Of a stretch of DNA of 64,000 nucleotides, positions 57,724-64,000 are shown piece by piece; the stretch's first letter is position 1; the number at the start of each line of letters is the position of its first letter. The notes beneath the pieces were generated by a model. That model was given only the letters and a program-made list of their open reading frames with translations. It ran no database searches and was not told the origin of the DNA. Source of the DNA: Eledone cirrhosa (taxonomy: Eukaryota); assembly GCA_964016885.1 (NCBI GenBank), contig OZ024740.1:406100001-406164000 (forward strand). Direction: 5' to 3'. The position numbers and the translations under genes are program-made.

Positions 57724-58276
57724 TGCACAAAGAAAGAAAACTAAAGCAATATAAAAAATGCAAGTAAAATAATATAAACTAAGAATATCCTACTAAGGAT
57801 AGATATGTCAAAAGTTCATTGCTCAGATAGATTGTGAAAACTTGAGAGACAGTTCTCAGAAAATAGTATGTTGCTGAGATAAACAGTCTCTAAACACTGA
57901 TAACCATTTATTTCTAGGGCAAAATATATATTTAAAAAAAAAAATAGTGAGGAGAGAAATAAACAAAAACGATAAAAGAAAATAGAAAAGAAGCAGGGAG
58001 TTGCATGAGTATATACAGAGAATGGTTTGGTAAACAACAGATGCTTTGTGAGCAAAACAAATATTATACAACTGACTGCTGCTACACATAGGAAGAGAAT
58101 AGAGTTTCTACTGGAGAGAGAGAGATGTAGAGCTTTGAAAGTGCAGTGAAAAGAATAACCCATCGAAGTTATGGGAAATATAAAGCTAAAGAGATGTTTT
58201 TAAGTGTGTGTAATAGAAAAGGTTAGTCTTTTTGAAGTTACAGGATGGAAATATAGTAATTATTAAAAGGATATTT

Positions 58277-58314
58277 TATACATACATACATACATACACA
58301 TATATATATATATA

Positions 58315-58346
<32 letters not shown>
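58277..58346. repeat. Compound (TACA)n/(TA)n/(TG)n/(TA)n microsatellite
   Basis: Seen directly. Confidence 0.93.
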
Positions 58347-58454
58347 AACATATCCATGTATGTATATTCTTCCATAAACATAAGTATATGATGCACTTTC
58401 TCAATGAGAATGACATTAGTATTTAGTGGTTCAATCAACAGAATGACTTACTCA

Positions 58455-58644
58455 TTGAATTAGCATGCACAGTGGCCAAATATTCCACAGACACGTGTAC
58501 CATTAATATAATTCCCAAATGTAAACAGTGTAACAAGGCTGAACCCTTGAATTACAGGTAGACTATATTTGAGAGGCTTCTACACATCAAACCCATCATG
58601 ATTGTCAAGTAAACTTCTTAACCACTTGGTTCATGCCTGTGCCC
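58455..58644 (-). mobile_element. Probable decayed SINE fragments
   Basis: CCACAGACACGTGTACC..TAACAAGGCTG..TTGAATTACAGGTA and CTTCTTAACCAC..CATGCCTGTGCC resemble octopus SINE 3' and 5' parts as I recall them. There is no clean second copy in the window. Confidence 0.4.
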
Positions 58645-58954
58645 ATATATTTATGAGTGATGTGTGTGTAAGTGTGTGGATTTATGTATATAAAAAATCA
58701 TTTTTAGAACCATTGAGCAAATTGTGAATTTCGAATATGTATTAGCTTAAAGTTAACAGCTTCAATACAGGTTTTTGACTATGGAAAAAATCTAACAAGT
58801 TGGGTATATAAGTCCCTAGAGACAGAAATGATGACTTTCCTACAAGCAAGTACTCAATCATAAAGATTTCCTGGCAGATAGACAATGCATCATAGAAATA
58901 TTGCTTAACATAAGATCTACAAACTCATTGGTGACTCAAATCAGTCAGAACTTC

Positions 58955-59720
58955 AACAATTCTTCTTGTGAACGTGACCTGGGCATTACAGTCAGCAATG
59001 ATTTGCGTTGGACGCAGCACATCTCTAAAATTGTCAAGAAGGCTGAGGGTGTCTTAGCACCACTCAGCAAGACCTTTGTTAGCCGCTCTCCAGCTATCTA
59101 TTTAAAGCTGTACATAGCTATGGTGCAGCCACACTTAGAATTTGCATCACCAGTCTGGAACCCCTATCTTGCTCAGAACATTGACCGCCTGGAAACTGTT
59201 CAGAGACGTGCAACCAAGCCAATACCCTCCATCAGGAATCTATCATACTCTAAATGCCTTGCTTCCCTGGGCATGGATACATTGAAGCTCTGACGTCTGG
59301 CAACTGACTTGGTAAACACCCACAAAATTATTAACCATCTTGCCAACAACAACCCTGAGTACCTTTTTGATTTCCATGTGTCTAACACACGTGGGCATGC
59401 CCACAAAGTCAGAAAACAGCACAGTTCCCATGACTTTCGGAATCATTTTTTCACGCTCAGAGTTGCTGAAGCATGGAACAAACTACCTGCATCAGTTGTT
59501 GGCTGTCGAGACACTGCATCCTTTAAAGCCTCCATGCTTCCTGAGATTTGCCACCATTACACCTAATATTCCCCCTCCATACACATACACACATGTATAT
59601 CATGACTCATACACTATTCACTTCCCTGACATTTGTATATTATTCTATGTACTATACATGCACCTTTGACGAGTTGTAGTGCACCTGAGCACTTTACACA
59701 ATAATTTCATTATTATTATT
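58955..59720 (+). mobile_element. 5'-truncated CR1-clade LINE: C-terminus of ORF2 (post-RT region) with one premature stop, 3' UTR and (ATT)n tail
   Basis: ERDLGITV..L.W..HI, LY..MV.PHLEFASPVWNPY, LETVQRRATK, TRGH..K, FF..RV..AWNKLP..VV and SFK are hallmark CR1 ORF2 motifs. ORFs 58901..59293 and 59309..59566 share one frame, split by TGA at 59291-93. The tail is at 59709-59720. Confidence 0.92.
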
Positions 59721-61542
59721 TTAATTATTCTTAATAAAAAAAAAGTTTCATCCTTACTCCATCATAGAGAGAATTGAGCAACTACACAGCCTTCACATAA
59801 CCAAAACTTTCTAATCCAATAGTCTTTAAAAGCACAAGCAATAAGAGTTCTGTAGCTCTGCAGACAAAAGATACAGCTCACAATATGTGGCTGAAATCAC
59901 TCACATCTACTGACTGATAGATATTTGTCTAGAAACTAAACTCAAACAGATTTAAATCATCTTTCTGGTATCCTCCTACATACAGTTCCTGAATCTAGAT
60001 TATTCTAAGCATTACTTCTAAAAATAAAAATTAAAAACAAATAAACACAATTATTACTAACTTTGTCTCCAGCGCCTCATTACAAATATAAATCCCTTTC
60101 TAGTCTATTTCCCACCAAACCCCCTTCTTCACTACTGTATAATGATCAAGGGTGGAACATTTGCCTATCACAAAAGCCCCAAATGCTGATCAGTCCAGTC
60201 AGTATTTCAGATATCACTGTTAATTATTCTCCCTTTACTATCTCCAGTTATAGAAATGAATGATAAAGCACTTCATTCATAGAAAAGTAACCTCTTAAAT
60301 ATACAAATGACAGGTGATCAATGATATCCAATTTCACAAAAGCTGGTGGTAACACAGATAAAAAATTACCTCCTTTACCATCTTTAGCACTATCTATCCT
60401 CAGAGATCATCAGTACAGTTTTAACCATTCCATTACCATATTTATAATGAAATACACTATATTTGATTTAATTAATGAAGAATTTGGAGGGATATACTAA
60501 GGATATACTATATCAGTAGTATCTTTGTTTGTGACACAATAATGCTTGTATGTGACCTAAGTATGGACTCTTTCAATCATAACTTCCAAGGTCAGAAACT
60601 TCTCAGACCACTTCTAGTCATTTTAATGTTATTTGTATTAATGACTGGTTCCCTATTCCTATCCATGGACCCTTAACTCCTGGTAGAATTATAGAGGTGC
60701 CATCTTGATATACAGCATATCTTGGGCATTTAAACCTGGCAGAGCCAATCTCTATTATTACTAACACTATACTCCTATAAATATCTCATTACCCTTCATT
60801 TCTTCTTAACTTACGAGCATTTCATCTATATGCAACTTTCATTCCTCCCACCAAACATGCACGATCTTTAGGTTGTAGGCATGTATTCTTGAAGAAAATT
60901 ATTAGTCTGCAAAATAACTTTGATTAGCTGAACATTTCAAATTTTTAAGGCACATCAAGCCCATATATGGTAAAACTAAATTTGAGAAGAAAAAAAGAAA
61001 AGATAAACATTCCTCAAGATATGACCTATGCAACTTATGACCACTCATAGTTATGATTATCTATATTTCTACTCGCACAAGTGCATTTTTTCTTGGTATC
61101 CATTATTCTTCAGCAGTTAGATTCAAATGCTCCTATAACCGAACATATATACACAAAGAGGAAAAACCATGCCTGGGTAAATACATATAACAATGCATAA
61201 AAAAGATAAAATAGGATGTATTAGTTATGTAATACATATAAAATAGCCCCTCCTCCAAGTTACATATTAGGTCTTTAAGGTATGTCTATATTCAACTTAC
61301 AACTGGCTGGAATGGAACCCAGGCATAAGTCAGAGAGTACCTATATTGGGATGAATTGTTTGTCTTTGTTAGCATTTCTTTGACTTTGACTGTCATATTC
61401 CCATTTAATCAGTTCTCGAAAGGGGCAGCAGTGACTGTAGTCTTTGTAATGTCGTGGATAGAGAAGATAGATGAGTATAATTTATTAATAACAAACTAGT
61501 ATAATGTACTGGGGTTGTTTGGATGATTGAAGTAGAAACATT

Positions 61543-61613
61543 GAGAAGAGGAGAGAGAGAAGGGGAGAATGAGAGAGAGAGTGTGTGTGTGTGTGTATAT
61601 GGGGGGGGGGGGG
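61543..61613. repeat. (GA)n/(GT)n/poly-G low-complexity tract
   Basis: Seen directly. Confidence 0.9.
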
Positions 61614-61968
61614 TAAATACAAAGAAAAAGGACACAGAAATTCAGAAACAATGAAACAAAGATGACTTTACCAACTCTCGATTGGTCAACAAGTCTTTAT
61701 TTCATATAATTATCTCTTCATTGTATTTTTTTCTTTTTTGTAAAGCACAAGTATGGTAGCACATACTATATTAACCTCGCCAGCATTAGCTACCAGAGTT
61801 ATGATAGCAACAAAGTTATTTTTGTCTTTAGTTTTATTGCATGTCATCATTACATTACTGAGCACAGCTCTTTGTGACTTGGATGTATGCTGTGTTGCTT
61901 TTGGTGTTGTTTCTATTGTATTGAGAGTACTCTTTGTAATATGTGTATAATGCCTAGTGATATATTCT

Positions 61969-61994
61969 ATATTATTATTATTATTATTATTATT
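61969..61994. repeat. (ATT)n microsatellite
   Basis: Seen directly. Confidence 0.9.
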
Positions 61995-62271
61995 CTGCTT
62001 GACACAATGTTTGTGTCCATATGTTATACTTTAAAGAACCTTAAGTATGCAATGAAGTTGAAACTATAATAAGAATGTTTAACAATGAAACAATGTTATG
62101 AAGATCTATAAATTTATGTATTAAAATAGAAATAAAAATATTTATAAAACAAAATTTCTGTGGGACCTGCGAGTGATTATTATTATTATTATTTTTATCA
62201 TCATCATAATTAAAGTAGTTGTTGCAGCAATAGTAATGATAGGAAGAGCAGCATTGAAAATAATAAGGATG

Positions 62272-62420
62272 TTTTCTTACATGGGCATAGGGCCATATAT
62301 TTTAGGGAAGAGGTACAGTTGGTTAAACTGACCTCAGTGTTTCACTGATATTTAATGTATTGATCCCCCCATATAGAATGAAAAGTAAAGTCAACTCTGG
62401 CAGAATTTGAACACAATAAC
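62272..62420 (-). mobile_element. Degenerate SINE, family A
   Basis: GGCATAGGGCC..GACCTCAGTGTTTCACTGATATTT..GAATGAAAAGTAAAGTCAACTCTGGCAGAATTTGAAC matches 48378-48492. Confidence 0.7.
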
Positions 62421-62493
62421 AATGAATGATGAGAGTACTTTTCTTCTTTGTTTTATAAAGCCTCAGACTTAGGAGTGGAATAGATCTCAATAG

Positions 62494-62560
62494 CTAGTAC
62501 TTATGTCATCAATTCCAAACTTATGAAAGATAAAATTCAACCAAGGCAGGATTTGAACTC
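62494..62560 (-). mobile_element. Short SINE family A fragment
   Basis: TAGTACTTAT..ATGAAAGATAAAATTCAACCAAGGCAGGATTTGAACTC, which includes the reverse complement of the B box. Confidence 0.6.
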
Positions 62561-64000
62561 GTTATATAGAAGGAATGAAATAAATAGTTAAAAGCAACCA
62601 TTATTTTCAATATTTCTTATGGATTTTTTAAAAGTTGATAATGATAATCATGAGATTGGATAAATGATCATTCAACAAGAACATTGCTGATTGACCTAAA
62701 CAGCCCATGAAAGGTATTACATCATAATGCAATGAAATTGTCATGCAAAGAAAGTGAGAGCAGATGAGTAGTCTAAAGAACTGTGAAGAAAAACCAATTG
62801 GATTATTCAAAGGAGAAAAACAAAGTGCTAACCAGAAGTAGAGGAAGATTTTATGAGAGACTTAAGACTTATGTGTGCATGCAGGAACACAAAATATTTA
62901 ATTAAACATTTGGATCCAAGAAGCAAGACAGAGAAGCTCAATGATATGAATGTCAAATATGGTAGATTATAGTACCCTGTCCAAGTTCTGCCTGGTTGGA
63001 TTTTTGGCAGAGGAAATATGAACCATTGAGTTAGTGTAGAAACAACCTCCCCATACACACATATACACACAAAAACAAAATGAGCACAGACATTGACTAA
63101 ACTCAAGCTTTGGGTGCTATCCATAACTATTATAATTAAAGTATATAGATAAGTAGCATCAGTTACCGATCACATAGTGACATCTAAGAGTTAAGATATA
63201 TATTTTATATTCATGTTATTCTTTCAGTTGAATAACCATAACCAGTTCTCAAAAATAATGTTGTTGAGTATCATCTTAGAGATCTGCTGCTCCAAACATA
63301 GCATGCTTCATATTTTTATACAAGTATAAAATATGTTAAGACACAATGGAAAGTATTATTTATCCTTCTGAGGGGAGTCCAAGTGGTCAAAGACGATGAT
63401 CAAACAAAGTTCTGTGTAGACATATCAAAGACAAATAGCCAAGTCTTAGGAAACAGATTAAGCAACCAATAAGGGTAGCTTAATAGATCTTGAGTTGTAT
63501 AATTAAAAATTAGTATTTAAAACATGAGTATTAAAGAGGATAAAATCATACTTGAGAAAGAAGAAAAAATATTAGAAAGAGCAATATTTAAGAAGCTAAA
63601 GTTAATTTATCTATGATGATAATTTACATTTAATGGCCATAACTCAATTCATTAAAGAAAACTAAATAATATAGAAAGAAAAAAAGAAAGGAATACCAAC
63701 ATAAGTTTTAAAAAAGTAGTATATATTTTCATTACAGGTTTTTAATACATATTTAAGAGATAAAGGAAGTAATGAAATAAACTAATGAAAAGTAACTATT
63801 AATTGATGATTATATAATCTTTATATGATTTATTATCTCTCTATATGTACTGTTTATAATTGCACACATTTTTTCTAAAATTGTCATATATTTTTCTTCC
63901 TTTTTTTCTGTTGTTTATAATATTTTTCTTAAAAGCCAATCTATTAAAGTGTTGAAATGAAATTGAATGATAGTGACAGAGTTTGAAAAGAGTTGCTAAA

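Noticed and set aside
58901-59566. Functional reverse transcriptase or host gene
   Set aside because: Only the post-catalytic C-terminus is present, with no YADD motif. It is 5'-truncated and interrupted by a stop, so it is a dead LINE copy.
57816-63124. Other short ORFs in the flank (57816-58163, 58238-58438, 61405-61635, 61753-62069, 62628-63124)
   Set aside because: They are low-complexity or microsatellite-derived translations, several with non-ATG starts, and show no recognisable domain or splice support.

Overview
This is eukaryotic, almost entirely non-coding DNA. The dispersed repeats resemble families I recall from Octopus genomes; that assignment is an inference, not a database result. 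Positions 1-~47,758 are one uninterrupted G/T-rich tandem satellite with a 21-bp monomer (GGTGGTAGAGTTGGTGTTAAT), roughly 2,200-2,300 copies estimated from length, and open at the left edge. A 22-bp variant (…GGTCTTTAAT/G) punctuates the array. The array has nested higher-order structure: 210 bp, 1,125 bp, ~1.4-1.8 kb, ~2.2 kb, ~3.6-3.8 kb, 4.6 kb, and a near-identical 12-kb block repeated ~24.4 kb away. The hundreds of MVVELVL/NGGRVGV ORFs in the track are translations of this satellite, not genes. Positions ~47,760-64,000 are AT-rich and contain decayed tRNA-derived SINEs, TA- and TTAA-type MITEs, a 5'-truncated CR1-like LINE and microsatellites. Several candidate minus-strand exons point toward the array, so it may lie in an intron. 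I recognise no complete protein-coding gene, rRNA, true tRNA, CRISPR array or prokaryotic system. The most unusual leads are the array architecture, a signal-peptide-like ORF entering the array, the CTT-TAA shifty-stop geometry of the 22-mers, and the candidate spliced host transcript. All functional readings of these are speculative.
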